In this document: positions 1 through 11,806 of the stretch, piece after piece
Position numbering within the stretch: position 1 is the first letter of the stretch
Layout of the letters: each line of letters begins with the position of its first letter
NCBI GenBank assembly: GCA_001724265.1
Contig: MEDY01000660.1
Coordinates: forward strand, 124,001 to 188,000
DNA: 64,000 nt
Origin: Rhizaria sp. SCN 62-66
Lineage: Eukaryota
Direction: 5' to 3'
Made by a program: the position numbers and the translations under genes
Notes under the pieces: generated by a model
Seen by the model: only the letters and a program-made list of their open reading frames with translations
Told to the model about the DNA's origin: nothing
Database searches by the model: none

Positions 1-369
1 CCGAGAACGCCACCCAGGTCGCCCTCGACGCCATCCAGGTACGCTTCGGAACAATTCGATATATCTCAGCCATATCTTTGTTGCGTGGCATTATCTTTAT
101 CTTGTGTGTTTATTTATTGTTTTCACGTCTGTGTCTTTAATTTTATTGCAATACGCTCACATATATGCTATTTTTTATGTTTTGTGTGTTCTGCGCTTTC
201 CTCTTCCTCTTCCGACTGACAACAGGCGCTCGGTGGCAACGGCTTCATCAACGACTTCCCGGCCGGCCGCCTGGTGCGTGACGCGAAGCTGTACGAGATC
301 GGCGCCGGCACCTCTGAGATCCGCCGCTGGCTCATCGGCCGCGAGATCATGAACGAGTACACCGCGTAA
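1..369 (+). CDS. IVD: Isovaleryl-CoA dehydrogenase, 3' end (partial); exons <1-38 and 226-369
   Basis: The spliced translation [59 protein letters not shown] is the typical IVD/acyl-CoA dehydrogenase C-terminus. GTACGC...AACAG intron at 39-225; TAA stop. Confidence 0.92.
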
Positions 370-819
370 GTTGCTTGACTTGTTCCCTTGTACTGTTAAG
401 TCCTTTAACACAGCAAAGCAAGACTATTTAAGCTCAGCATAACGCAACACAAACAGTATCATGTATATTCTCGTGTGTGGTGTGTGGTATTGAGCTTTAA
501 CGAGGTGTATTAGTGATGATTTCTTGTGTTATACGCTGTCTCCATGGATGACATGAACTAACAGTGTCATGTGTGTTGCTGCGTGTGAACGAGTGAGATA
601 CGCATTATTTTCTTTCTTCTTCTTTCAAACAAAAATAAAAACCAAATATTATTTAATAGATAGTTTCAATCTGTATTGTTGTTCATCTATGTAACAAAAG
701 TTCGTTGTGGCTCAACATGTAAACGCCACTTTCTGGCTCTGCTGTGCTGCGCGATATCATTGAAGTGGCAACATCGGCCTGGTGTTGCAGACTAGGCCCG
801 TACTGCCCAAACTGCACAC

Positions 820-1659
820 TCACTGCCCGTCGCCACAGTCCCCCACGGCGTCGCGGACCTCGTCCACCGCCTCGTTGATGGCCGCGACGACAGTGTGCAG
901 GTGGGTGCGGAGCGCGCGGCTGGCCTCGGTGTAGCCCTCGTCGAAGCCGTCGTCCTTGAGCACGATGTAGCGCGCGTGCAGCATGTGCAGCTGCGCGGTC
1001 TACGGGGGTGCAGAGAGGGGGAACGAAGCATACAGCAAAGAGAGGAAGTGTGGGAGAGCGTTAGAGGAACATAAGAGCGATTGTGGTGAGATACTCTTAG
1101 TGAGACTTGAGGTGTAATAGTAGAGTTAAATCTAGATTAAACAGTAAATGTGGAAAAATCACTACGTTTTCCTTATCATATCAAGATATTACACGAATGC
1201 GTAACGATATAAAGCACGTACAGCGTTGAGTTTTTCCCTCTCATTGTTCTGGAGCGCCCTGATGACCCCGGCCCAGCGCAACTGCCCGCGCAACCGCACA
1301 TCTGCATCGCTCTGCGCGGCACTCTCCCGCCCGTCAGCGCCAGCACCGGCCTCAGCTTTAGCGCCGTCCGCAGCCGGCTTCAGCGGCACCCCGGTCTTGA
1401 AGGCGTCCTCAACAGCGCGGACGCGCGCGCTGAGGGCCTGGAACTCCCCGGTCATCGCGCCGCACAGCGCCTGATACGCGACGACGTCCTTGCTGCGCTG
1501 GAAGATGCGAAAGCCTTCCTCCCAGGTCCGGTATGTGTGCGCGCGCGACGCCTGCAGCGTCAGCAGCTCAGATAGCAGCGCGTGGGTCGAGCTCGGGGGA
1601 AGCAGCGCAGGCGTAGGCGCGGGGGCGGCGCCGCTGGCGGCCACAGTCTCAGTGCTCAT
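820..1659 (-). CDS. REX1-B (required for excision 1-B) domain protein; exons 1659-1222 and 999-820
   Basis: Helical pattern LLTLQASRAHTYRTWEEGF...YQALCGAMTGEFQALSARVRAVE...IRALQNNEREKLNA|TAQLHML...AINEAVDEVR resembles the DNA_repr_REX1B family. GTACGT...CGTAG phase-0 intron; TGA stop. Confidence 0.7.
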
Positions 1660-2155
1660 CGGTGTTAAATAGATATAGTAGATAAAACCTCTAATAAATC
1701 AGGAATTTGCTCAAAAATGTGCGCTTAAAGCCTCGTACAAGCTATATAGCGTGCAAAAGTGGCTCGGGTCATGGCCACCAGTCAAGTCTGAGAGTGGGCG
1801 ACTCGACGCAGGACTTCTGCCACTACTTTCGCATCCAATTCGGCATAACACGGCCGACAAAGTGGCATTTTTGCACATTTAACTGAAGTTTTTCTTAGCT
1901 TTGCGTTTGTTTCCTTATTTATGCACCTCAAATTGATCTATAAGTGTGTCATTTCCGCCTTTTTCTCCTCTCAGCTGCCCTTCAAGAAGTAACGCCTCAT
2001 CCCTTCTCTTCCTCTCTCTCTCGCCACACAGACCGGCTCTTTAGCAACACCGCTTTGCTACTGCTGCTCTCGCAACACCTCTTTATCTCTACTCACTTGG
2101 TGCATACCAGTGTCTGCACACATCCTCCGTCTCGTTTCGGTACTTGCCCCTCAAC

Positions 2156-3949
2156 ATGGAGAGCAGTCGTAACCGGTACGTTCCCTCCTTCCACTTTCCC
2201 CCTCTCTAGCGCTCGAAAATCTTGCTAATTCCTCTCTAAGTGCCTTAATATAGCTTTTCTAACTAGTTTTTAATGCAAATATTGACTCTTTACTCATCTT
2301 CACTCACTCACTCTTTCCCTTTCTCGCCTCTCCTTTGCGCACTCTCTCCTCGCGCCTTGTGACACTGTACTGCTCCTTATTGCATTCCGCTCCGCCCTGC
2401 TCTGCCCCATTCCACTCTGCCCTGTGCAGCGCGAGCGTGTCCCGCCCGGGTGGGACGTCCTTCACACACCAAATCGAGGCCTCGATCACGCGCGCGCATG
2501 CTTCGCGCCGCAACAGCACCTCCAAGTCGCGCGCCGCGCCGTCGACCTCCAAGAAGCCCCAGAAGCTCAAGCTCTCCTCTAAGGGCCTCAAGAAGAAGAT
2601 CGAACACGTACGTTGTTTATCTATCACAAAAGCAACAATTAATTAGGATTTTTATTGATATTTAGCTTAACTTTTTCATCATTCATCTGGAACACAACTC
2701 ACAAACCAAACCAACTCCTGTCTCCTTTTGTTATTTTCGTCCCTGCTTTGTTTCTGTCTGAACCGACTTGCTCGAGCGCAGATGGCGCAGCAGCAGTTCG
2801 AGCTGCACCTGCAGCTGTTGGAGGACCGTCAGCACCGGCGCCAGATGCGCGAGATCCGCCGCGACGACGGCGAGGCCGACGTATCGGAGGACTCGGATGA
2901 CGACGACGTCGACCGCTACCTGGGGCTGTCCGACGAAGAGAAGTGGGCGCGCATGCTCAACGAGGCCAAGGAGGCCATCATGGGTGAGGAGGTGCGCCGC
3001 CTTATGACGAAGGAGAAGAAGCGCCAGAACGTGCTGCAGAACAAGGCCATGCGCCAGGGCCAGTCGGCGCTGTTCGAAGTCGATAAAGTGCGCAACGACA
3101 TCGAGAAGCGGCTCGAGAAGCAGGACGTGTACGGCAAGCGGCTCGTAATTCTGGAGCCGCTGTCGTGCATTACGACCACGCTCGAGATGTGCCTCATCGG
3201 CTACAAAGAGGTCATGCGCCACCTCGCGCGCTCCGACATCTCGCACCAACTCGAGAAGGCCTCGGTCGACCAGTGCAAGGTCTCGATCGAGCTCGTGTTT
3301 GCCGAGCGCCAGTCGCCCGTGCAGGTTAAGGTGGAGATGCTCTGGCGCTTTGCCATCGTCATGAACGCCTTCCTTCACGGCGCGCGCTCGGCGGAGCGCG
3401 AGAAGTTCCTCATCCTGGCCGGCCACGCGTACGCCATGCTGCGCGAACAGGTGCGGCTGGAACGCGAGAGGCGCGCGTACGTGCGCGAGTACGGCACCGA
3501 CGAGCAGGTTGCGTTGCTGGCCGGCGAGGCCGACTGGGAGGTCGGCTATCTGCCGCTGCACTACGAGCTCAGCGCGCTCATCAACAGCGCCGAGATGGAG
3601 GTACGTGTTTTCATAATCAAAACTTTGAATGCATATATCTTGCTTTTATTGCTTATTTTTGGTATAATTGTTTGATATTATGTGTAAAATTCAATAATAT
3701 GTCTCTGTGCTTAATTTTATGTCTGTATGTTTTTACTCGAGCAACATATCTCACAATTTGTTATCTTTCTTCTTTCTTTCTTCTTTTTCTTTCATTTTTG
3801 CGTTGCGTGCTGACTTACAGGCGGACGAGGAGCACTCAATCGCGCTGCACATTCAGATGGAGAAGGCCAACAACGTCAACGCCTTTGTTACGCTCCGCGA
3901 AAAGGTCGAGAAGATCCCTCTGCCCGAGCGCGTCACCGCACCGGAATGA
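2156..3949 (+). CDS. Hypothetical protein, 4 exons (2156-2175, 2430-2607, 2782-3600, 3821-3949)
   Basis: Three GTACGT...AG introns join in consistent phase. Exons are GC-rich and codon-biased; TGA stop. No family recognised. Confidence 0.7.
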
Positions 3950-4560
3950 GCGAGCTGCGTAACTGTCACGATCGCTATCGCTATCACATAGCCTTGTGAG
4001 AGCGTTCCTGGAGTGAGCGCGTCACTGACTGTCACTGTGGGCTGTGTGGTTGAGAGTTGAGATGAAGTGGAGATTACTTGCATGAATAAGCTGAACAGGG
4101 GCCAGAATGAATGACATTCATCAATATGCAATACAACAATGTACCGTTTAACAACCAACCAACCATGTTCTAAACTTGTTTTAAACATTCTATAATGTAT
4201 TTATCTCTCGCAACAACAGCGACACATCATTGCAAGTCGTGCAAAGCGTGTGACTCTGTGTGTAAGTTTGTTTACTTCTCTGTAGCTCAAGAGAATAAAC
4301 AAGTGAAACTCTCTAAGTTGACTATTTTAGAATAGAATCGAGCTCAAAAAATGACACAACTGTTTGAAAGAATGAATTATTGATTTGATTGACTGATTAT
4401 TTGAAAATATTAAACGTATATAACAAGAAGTTCTACAACACTACAATGTACAACACTACACACACTACACAACAACTGCAAGTTCCTTCGACGCTGAAGC
4501 TAGCCCTCGTCAGAGAATGAGTCATCTGATCTGAGAGATTGAGTCATCATCTTCATCCGC

Positions 4561-6138
4561 TTAGTTGGCCTCCTTGATGTCGGCCTGCTGCGCGACCTCG
4601 GTCTGCGCGTAGTCGCTCTCGAGCCCCATCCAGCACTTGTAGTACTCGGTCTGGAGGTTCTCCTCGGCGTTGGCCCACTTGGAGAGCTTGAGCGTGTACG
4701 TAGTCTCAAACATGAACGCCAGGTCGTTCTTGGGCATCAGCACGGGGCCCGACGGCGCCGTCTCGCTGTTGGAGAACTTCTTGTACGTGTCAGCGTCGGG
4801 CCCGTGGCCCATCATGTTCGAGTGCAGCGAAGCGGAGCCTGGCACGAAGCCCTCGGGCTTGGCGTCGTACTGGCCCATGATGTTGCCCATGAACTCGGTC
4901 ATGCAATTGCGGTGGTAGTACGGCGGGCGGAAGGTCCCGTCCTGCACGGCGAAGCGCGGCGGGAAGACCACGAAGTCGAGCGCGGCGACGCCGGGGGACG
5001 CCGTCTGCGCCGTGATCACGGTGAAGATCGAGGGGTCCAGGTGGTCGTAAGAGACCGAGTTGACGGTGTTGTAAGCCGCCAGATCGTACTTAAAGGGCAC
5101 GTAGTTGCCGGTCCAGGCCACGACGTCCCAGGGCGACGACTGCAGCGAGGTACTGAAGAGCTTGCCGACGAACTTCTGCACGAGCGTGAAAGAGCCGGGC
5201 GCGTGCGCGACACTCTCGTAGGCCGCCGTGGGGGCGGCAAAGTGGCGCGGGTGCGCGAGCCCGTTGGCGCCGATGGGGCCCAGGTCCGGGATGATGAAGT
5301 GCGCGTCGTACACCTCGCAGACGTAGCCGCGCGCGCCGACAGAGGCCGGGTAGACGCCCGTCGCGGCGTCCTCCAGGTCGACGGCAAACTTAATGCCGCG
5401 GGGCACAACGGCAAACTCGCCGGGCGCGACGCGGAGCTTGCCCAGCTCGGTGGTGATGATGAGCGGCGAGAGCTGCGGCACGATGAGCAGGTCACCGTCA
5501 GAGTTGCAGAAGGCGCGGCTACGGGGGGTCATCGACGCGTTGCAGGCGTAGATGTGGATCGCCATGCCGGCCTTGGCGGCGGGGCAGCCCGCGCCGGCGA
5601 GCGTAATCATGCCGTCGACGAAGTCAATGATGCCCTCAGCGACGCCGGCCGTCTTGGAGACCGCCAGGGTCTCGGCGTCGGCGGGCACGGCGGGGACCGG
5701 GAAGGGCTTCCAGCGGAGCTGGTTGGGGTTGATCTCGGAGGTCTCGGCGTTGAAGTCGTTGAAAAAGCGCGGGTTGGCCGTGTAGGGGCGCATCGGCGCG
5801 TGGGCGGCCGAGGGGCGCGCCTTGTAGAGCCAGACCTTCTTGTTGTGCACGCGCGGGGTCGTGAACGACGTGCCGCTGACCTGCTCGGCGTACAGTCCGA
5901 ACGGCGCGCGCGTGGGCGTGTTGCCGAGCTTGGGCAGCGCGCCCGCAACGGCCTCGGAAGAGAACTCGTTGTTGAAGCCCATCTGGTAGGTGAAGGGATC
6001 GCGGGCCTTGACGACCTCCCAAGGGGCGAGCGCGCCGCCGTGCAGCGGCAGCGCAGGGTGCGTGTGCGAGGGCGCGGACGCGGGGCTGGGGAGCTTGGGC
6101 GGGTACTGAGCACCGGACACACCAACGTTGGCAGCCAT
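4561..6138 (-). CDS. HGD: Homogentisate 1,2-dioxygenase (intronless CDS, 525 aa)
   Basis: Motifs YQMGFNNEFSSEA, GLYAEQVSGTSFT, PNQLRW, PDLGPIGANGLA, DHLDPSIFTV, TFRPPYYHRNCMTEFMG and SLHSNMMGHGPD (Fe-ligand region). TAA stop. Confidence 0.97.
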   Translation of the reverse strand: MAANVGVSGAQYPPKLPSPASAPSHTHPALPLHGGALAPWEVVKARDPFTYQMGFNNEFSSEAVAGALPKLGNTPTRAPFGLYAEQVSGTSFTTPRVHNKKVWLYKARPSAAHAPMRPYTANPRFFNDFNAETSEINPNQLRWKPFPVPAVPADAETLAVSKTAGVAEGIIDFVDGMITLAGAGCPAAKAGMAIHIYACNASMTPRSRAFCNSDGDLLIVPQLSPLIITTELGKLRVAPGEFAVVPRGIKFAVDLEDAATGVYPASVGARGYVCEVYDAHFIIPDLGPIGANGLAHPRHFAAPTAAYESVAHAPGSFTLVQKFVGKLFSTSLQSSPWDVVAWTGNYVPFKYDLAAYNTVNSVSYDHLDPSIFTVITAQTASPGVAALDFVVFPPRFAVQDGTFRPPYYHRNCMTEFMGNIMGQYDAKPEGFVPGSASLHSNMMGHGPDADTYKKFSNSETAPSGPVLMPKNDLAFMFETTYTLKLSKWANAEENLQTEYYKCWMGLESDYAQTEVAQQADIKEAN

Positions 6139-6615
6139 TGTGTGGAGGGGGGACTACGCGTGGTATGTACAAACGGCGAGAACCGCGATTGGATGAGAGG
6201 GGGGCGGCGTGGTAGGAGATGAGAGGGATGATTAAGGAGATAAAGTGGTTATCTTAAAGTGAAATGTACATTAACCAGAGTGATGTGATGCAAAATATAG
6301 ACTAGTTTGATATATCCAAGAACTAACTCAATTTGAGGAGATATAGCGCGCAAGATTAGCGAAAAGTATGGTTGGTGGAGACGTGATGGTATCTCAGAGT
6401 CTATCGATGACGAAGCCCCGACCTGAAAAATAACGGCGCACATGACCGCAGAAAGGAGAAAAATAAAAAGAGGATATCATAGCGCACCGCGCACACCTCG
6501 TTTTTTGTTTTTTCTCCCACTCAACAGAACATTTCCCCACCAAATCGCGTTTCTGGAACTGTGGTCGTCACATGGTTTCCAAAGCACGCCGCCTTCAATC
6601 ACACCACTCCGCTCC

Positions 6616-6675
6616 GGTCGGTCAGTCGCGAAAAAGAAAAAGATTTTGCGAGCCTCTGCGGTGGTTGGTCGGTCA
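6616..6675. promoter_or_regulatory. Candidate promoter motif GGTCGGTCA x2 between the divergent HGD and OST3/6 genes
   Basis: Exact 9-mers at 6616-6624 and 6667-6675; the reverse complement recurs at 51362-51370. Confidence 0.35.
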
Positions 6676-7128
6676 CCTTCGCTTCGGCCAAGTCAGCCAA
6701 ACGAAGGAGAAAGTGACATAGTGTTCGATGCTCTAGAGGTCGTGAATAGCTCTGCTTTGTACTCATGTTTTAGATCCTGAACGTATGTGCCTATTTTTAT
6801 TTGAAGTGGGCCCATTGCAACTTGTTATGGGCTTTTTAATCACAGCCGCAGCACTCGACTGACAAGGCCAACCTCTCGCTACTCGCATCCTTTCAAAATA
6901 CGCTGCAAGATGCACTCCAACGAATACCAGTGCGTTTTTGTGGCGAATATCTTGAAATTTATTTTGGGAGTTCTGCTAAACTCGCTGTTAATGCATCTTA
7001 GTCGTCAGTCCCATCTCATAATATCTATTTTTTGTACCTTTCTCAACACACGTCGTCGCTCCTTTCGCCCGCTCTGCTCTCGCTTTGCAACAACAATAAC
7101 AGACCAGGAAGCTCTTCTCCTGCGGCAG

Positions 7129-9098
7129 ATGTTGCTCCGTCGCCTTGCGCTTCTGCTGGCGCTGGCCGCGTGTCTCAGCGCCTTCGTGCTCTCGACTTCC
7201 TCTTCCCTCCCCGGCGCCTCCTCCCCCGCTCTTGCTTCCGCCGCGCCCTCGGTCGGCACGGCGTTGGAGACCCCGGATGAGCGCCTCGCGCGCCGCCGCA
7301 GCCTCAAGGAGCGTGCCACCTCGGCCTACGACCGCCGCGTGGACCGCAAGACGAAGCTCGCGAACCAGATTGCTGGCCGCCAGCGCACAACTGCGCAGAC
7401 CGCGAGCGCCGCGTCTGCCCGCAAGGCCGCGCGGCTGCAGCGCCTGCGTAAGCAGCAGCAGATCGAGCGCGACGCCGAGCGCCTCGCGCTGCGCATCGCC
7501 GACGCGAGCAAGCCCGCGACGCTGGCCGCGGGCCGTAAGCGCGCGCGCGAGCTGATCAAAAAGTACCTCGACAACGTCGCGCGTCCCGGCCCCGCCGGCA
7601 AGACCTTGCTGGAGCTGTCCCCGCGCGACACGGACGAGTACGTGCTTAAGGGTACGCGCATGTACTCGCTGCTGCTCATGGTGTCCGGCCGCGACTACTA
7701 CGAGGACTGCCAGCCGTGTCGCCACACGCACGAGATCGTTGTCGCCACCAGCGAGCGTCTCGAGGCCGCCCAGCGTGAGCTCTTCAACTCAATCGCCAAG
7801 GCCCCCGCCAGCGAGTCGCCGCTCGCGCTGCCCATCAACGTGCTTGACGCCGACGCGCGCCCGCTGCCCGTTGTGCCCGTTGCCATTGACGCCACCACGT
7901 ACATGGACTTCCTGCGCGCCAACAAGATCCAGGGCGTGCCCCTCGTCATGGTCGTGCTCCCCACAATGGACGCTGCTTCGTACGTTCTCAAAAGATATTT
8001 ACGCTCTCTCAAAGTGACATTTAATCATGTATCACGTTAAATTGAATATAATATTTGTCCCGTGCTTATTTTATTCCAAAAGAATAACGTCCGTAACACT
8101 ATCTCTCGCAATTTGATGTCCCTAATACTAAACACTCTTGTGTTCTTGCTTTCTTGGCACTCCTCTCTCGCGCGCACAGCACGCCGATGCCCGACTTCAT
8201 GGAGTCTGTCCACTCGACGCACATGTGGCGCTACCCCAACTCTGGCGCCACCAATGACTCGATCTCGCCGTTCCTGACGAACCTCTTCAACGTGCGCGCG
8301 CAGCACACCGACGCCATCCTCGCCGAGAAGTCCGCCGACGGCTCTTCCGCGGCCGCCGCGGACAAGAGCAAGAACCTCGAGCTGACGGACGTGCAGTCCG
8401 CGCAGAACCCGCTGGCGCTGTTCTTCCAGTCGATCCCCCTGTGGACGCTGGTGGCCGCGTCCTGGGGCCTCGTGCTCGCGGCGGCGCTGCTGTTCCGCCA
8501 CGTCTCGCTGCTTCTGACGCTGCTGCACGCGCTCAAGCCGCTCGTGCTGCTCGTCGCCGTCGCGGGCTGGGCCTTCAACATCTCGGGCGGGCTGTTCATC
8601 CGCACGTCGGGCGACAACTTCATTCCGGGCCACCTGCGCTCGGCGGCGTGGAAGACGCTGTGGACGGATCCGCCGCGGTGGGTCGCGCAGGGCTTCCGCG
8701 AGCAGCACGGCGTCGAGGGCGCGATTCTGACCGTACTGCTCGTGGCCTTTACGGCCGCGGCCACCCTGCTCGTGCTCTTGGCCATGCGCAAGGAGACCAA
8801 GAAGATCTCCGCCGCCAACGGCAAGGAGGTCGAGACCAAGCGGTCGATCGTGCGCGTCATCTTCGACGCTGTGTGGTTCGTCGTGTTCGGGATCATCGTG
8901 CCCGCGGCGCTGTTTGCCGTCGCCGTGGTGTTGTTCCTCCACTTCGTCCGCATGTTCCTTCACAAGATGGGCGGCTACGTCGAGGACGTCATGTGGAGCT
9001 ACGCCATCGTCGCCAAGTACATCAACCGCGCGCTGACGGCGCTCAAGATCCCCGCAGCGTACAAGGTGCCCAAGTACCTCGTCCGCAACCTCGGCTGA
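7129..9098 (+). CDS. OST3/OST6 family oligosaccharyltransferase subunit (MAGT1/TUSC3-like); exons 7129-7979 and 8180-9098
   Basis: Signal peptide MLLRRLALLLALAACLSAFV; thioredoxin-like YSLLLMVSG...CQPC; C-terminal multi-TM region with SGGLF and QGFREQHGVEGAI. Phase-2 GTACGT...CACAG intron; TGA stop. Confidence 0.75.
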
Positions 9099-9520
9099 AT
9101 AGCGGGGACTTGAGCTCAAGACGATCGCTCGCTCTCTGAGTCACTATACTCGACGCAGTGTGTGGATGTTAAAAGAGTCTGAGTGACGCAGGGTATCGTG
9201 CCAATGTAAAGAGTCGCTGTTTTGCTGTTGATCTGTTGTCTCTTTCTCCCAAATTGATCTTGTTTTTTGTGAACTGGCTAGAGAGGGAAAAGTGTGCGTT
9301 TAGTGATTGACTGATGGGCCGATGATGGATGGTACAAAAAGCCAATGCTGCAAAATGCGACTGCTGCTTTCACGCAATGTGAGTGGCTGAAGCGTTTGGC
9401 TGTTCAATAGAGTGTTTAAAAACATAGCAATACACCTGAATCGAACATGATTGTCAACAAGCGAAGCAACAAAAAAGAATGCTGGGCGCCACGCGAGTCT
9501 GGCGGGCTCGCGGACGGGAT

Positions 9521-9529
9521 AAAAAAAAA
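9521..9529 (-). terminator. Pol III oligo-T terminator of the 5S copy
   Basis: A T9 run on the minus strand lies 3 nt after the 5S 3' end. Confidence 0.7.
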
Positions 9530-9532
9530 GAT

Positions 9533-9631
9533 ATGCTTGCAACACGACGCATTTCCCGCGTAGTCACCTACCGCAGTACTTAGCGCGCCCAACGGTGTTT
9601 AACTTCAGAGAGCGGACGGGATCTGGTGTTT
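9533..9631 (-). rRNA. 5S rRNA gene copy lacking about the first 20 nt (truncated copy or pseudogene)
   Basis: The minus strand reads AAACACCAGATCCCGTCCGCTCTCTGAAGTTAAACACCGTTGGGCGCGCTAAGTACTGCGGTAGGTGACTACGCGGGAAATGCGTCGTGTTGCAAGCAT, matching the eukaryotic 5S layout (GATCCCGTCCG..TC, GAAGTTAA, AGTACT, GGTGAC..CGGGAA). The upstream flank lacks the helix I/II 5' strand and CCATAC. Confidence 0.85.
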
Positions 9632-10071
9632 GCTAACTGCCGAATAATTTTTAGGGTTATCTACAGTGATAATAATCTAAGGCTGCTCACTACTTTGTTT
9701 TTGCTTGATCAATTTCTTGGTCGCCTAAACAAATTCAATACTTCATGGGACGAGTAGAATTGCTTAGAAAAATAATAAAATTGAGAGAAAAAGTGAGAAA
9801 ATAGACATGAACATTGAAGCACTCCGGGAAAGTCAAAAACAACTCATATGAACACACATTTAGACACTGTGAGCATGACTCAATTCAGCAACTAGTCATC
9901 AAAGCAACACGTTGTATTACTCCATAGCCCTTGGGCCCAACGGCCTTTCTCTCACAAAACACACACTAAGGCAACAACAGCAGCAGATCAAGAGCCGACT
10001 CAAAAGCTTCTCTGTGTCGATCACAGAGCACATCAGCAGTTAGTTCAGGCAAACGCTGTGTGTTTGCGCAT

Positions 10072-11305
10072 TCAGGCGTCGGCGGCCTCGGCCTCGGCCT
10101 CAGCGCTCGCGTCGGCGGCGAGCCCAAAGCGCGCGAGGCGCTGCTGCTTGGCGGCCTCAAAGGCGGCCTTGGCGGCGGCGTCGGCGGCCTCCTTCGCGGC
10201 CTTCTCGGCAGCACGCTCGGCTGAGCGTGTTGCAAAGTCGTTTGCGAATTGCGTGTTTGTGTGTAACAGTGTAATGAGAGAGAATAAGCACAAAATAGCC
10301 AACAAGAGAGTTGGAAAGGAGGCAATAAAAAATATGGGAAGGTGCTTGTGAGTTCAGTGAAGTGACAGATAATGCGCTTGTTTTATGCATTAGCAAGAGA
10401 AAACAACACCTGATCTGTCGAAGTGTTTTGCAACGTACCAGCCTTGCGCTCGCGCTCCTCCTTGCGGACCTGCGCGGCGTCCCAGTCCTTAACCATCTGG
10501 GGCATCTCCTGTGGAATTGTACACAGTAATACGGTCGTATGGTCGCGGCGTAAAAGCGACATAAAAGCACAACACATCAAGGAAAATAAGTATATCATAT
10601 GAGATTGAGAGACAGTCTTAGTATCACGTGGAAAAACATTGATGACAGAACCGACCACAATATTTGGATTCATAGAGTGAAATATAGTCGTTTTAAATGG
10701 GCTTTCAGTGGACGTGTTAATGTGTTGACGTACGTGACCGAAACGCTCGGCGCGCTCGCGCACGCGGGCGACCTCAGCGGCGCGCTCAGCCTCCTGCGCG
10801 GCACGGGCGGCGGCGCGCTCGGCCTCCTTGGCAGCGCGCTCCTCGGGGGTCAGCTTGGGCGTGGGGGCAGGCTTGGGCTTCGCAGCAGCAGCGGGGGTGG
10901 CGGCCTTAGCACCCTTGGCACCCTTGCCCTCCTGCTGCTGCTTCTTGTCGCTGTTGGCCTTACCGTCCTTGCGGGCGGGGAGCTGGACGTCCTCGCCGGC
11001 GGAGGCAGAGGGGCCAAAGCGGGCTTCACGGAGGCGGCGCTTGTCGTCGTCAGTGAGGGTGTACTCGTTGCCGAAACGCTCGGCGCTACAATGGCGAAAT
11101 AGCACGGAAAAGTGAAGATATAGAGAGGCAGTGAGGTGCTGACAGCGCAAGCACAGACAATTCTGGAAGATCACAGAGATTTCAGTGTTGCGGATAAGAG
11201 ATATTGAACGTACCGGCGCTTCTTAGACTCGATGTCGGCCTCAACGGCCTTGACAGCCTCCACACGAGCAGGGTCAATCACCTCAGGAGCAGCAACGTCA
11301 GACAT
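10072..11305 (-). CDS. Tho1/MOS11/SARNP-like mRNA export factor (220 aa); exons 11305-11214, 11085-10734, 10508-10439, 10220-10072
   Basis: Four R-x-x-RFG type motifs (KRRAERFG, LREARFG, ERAERFG, QRLARFG). Three GTACGT introns in consistent phase; TGA stop. Confidence 0.75.
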
Positions 11306-11806
11306 TCTACAACAGCGACAAATCGCAGAGAATCGAAAATGAAAATAGTCAGTTAAGTCTTATAAGTAGAACATATTTCAATGAGTGCCTATTATCTGCT
11401 ATTATGCGCTCAGGGTACTTCGTCAAAGTTTGCGCTTCGCAGCCGCGCCAACTCTCTCGGTCTCGGGCCGACCGCAGAGTGAAGTAACGCAGCGTTACAC
11501 TCCTTCACGCATTGATTTGACAGGCATACAAAGTGACTCAATTGTCGATTCTTAAGTATGTTATGTTTCGAGATACATTACAATCCATTTTGAGTTAGTT
11601 CATTTCCAAACGCGCCCTGTGAAGAAATAAATATGGATATGTATCATTTTCAAGTCCGCCAAGATTGGTTGCATTTCAACCTATTTCACTTGACAGTCAA
11701 GGAAGAAAGAGGTATTTTTAAACATAATCTTGCTGTTAGAAATATCAACACGCTTTTAATAATATACTACATAACTGTTTCAAAATACATTCCTTTAGTT
11801 TTGTGA

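Noticed and set aside
4804-6222. Long antisense or alternate-frame ORFs (for example 4804-6222, 19666-20826, 33549-35141, 44370-46184, 49970-51022, 56452-58224)
   Set aside because: They are shadows of GC-rich, codon-biased genes on the other strand or frame, with no recognisable motifs.
9649-9659. Telomere-like TTTAGGGTTA next to the 5S breakpoint
   Set aside because: A single unit only, which is expected by chance.
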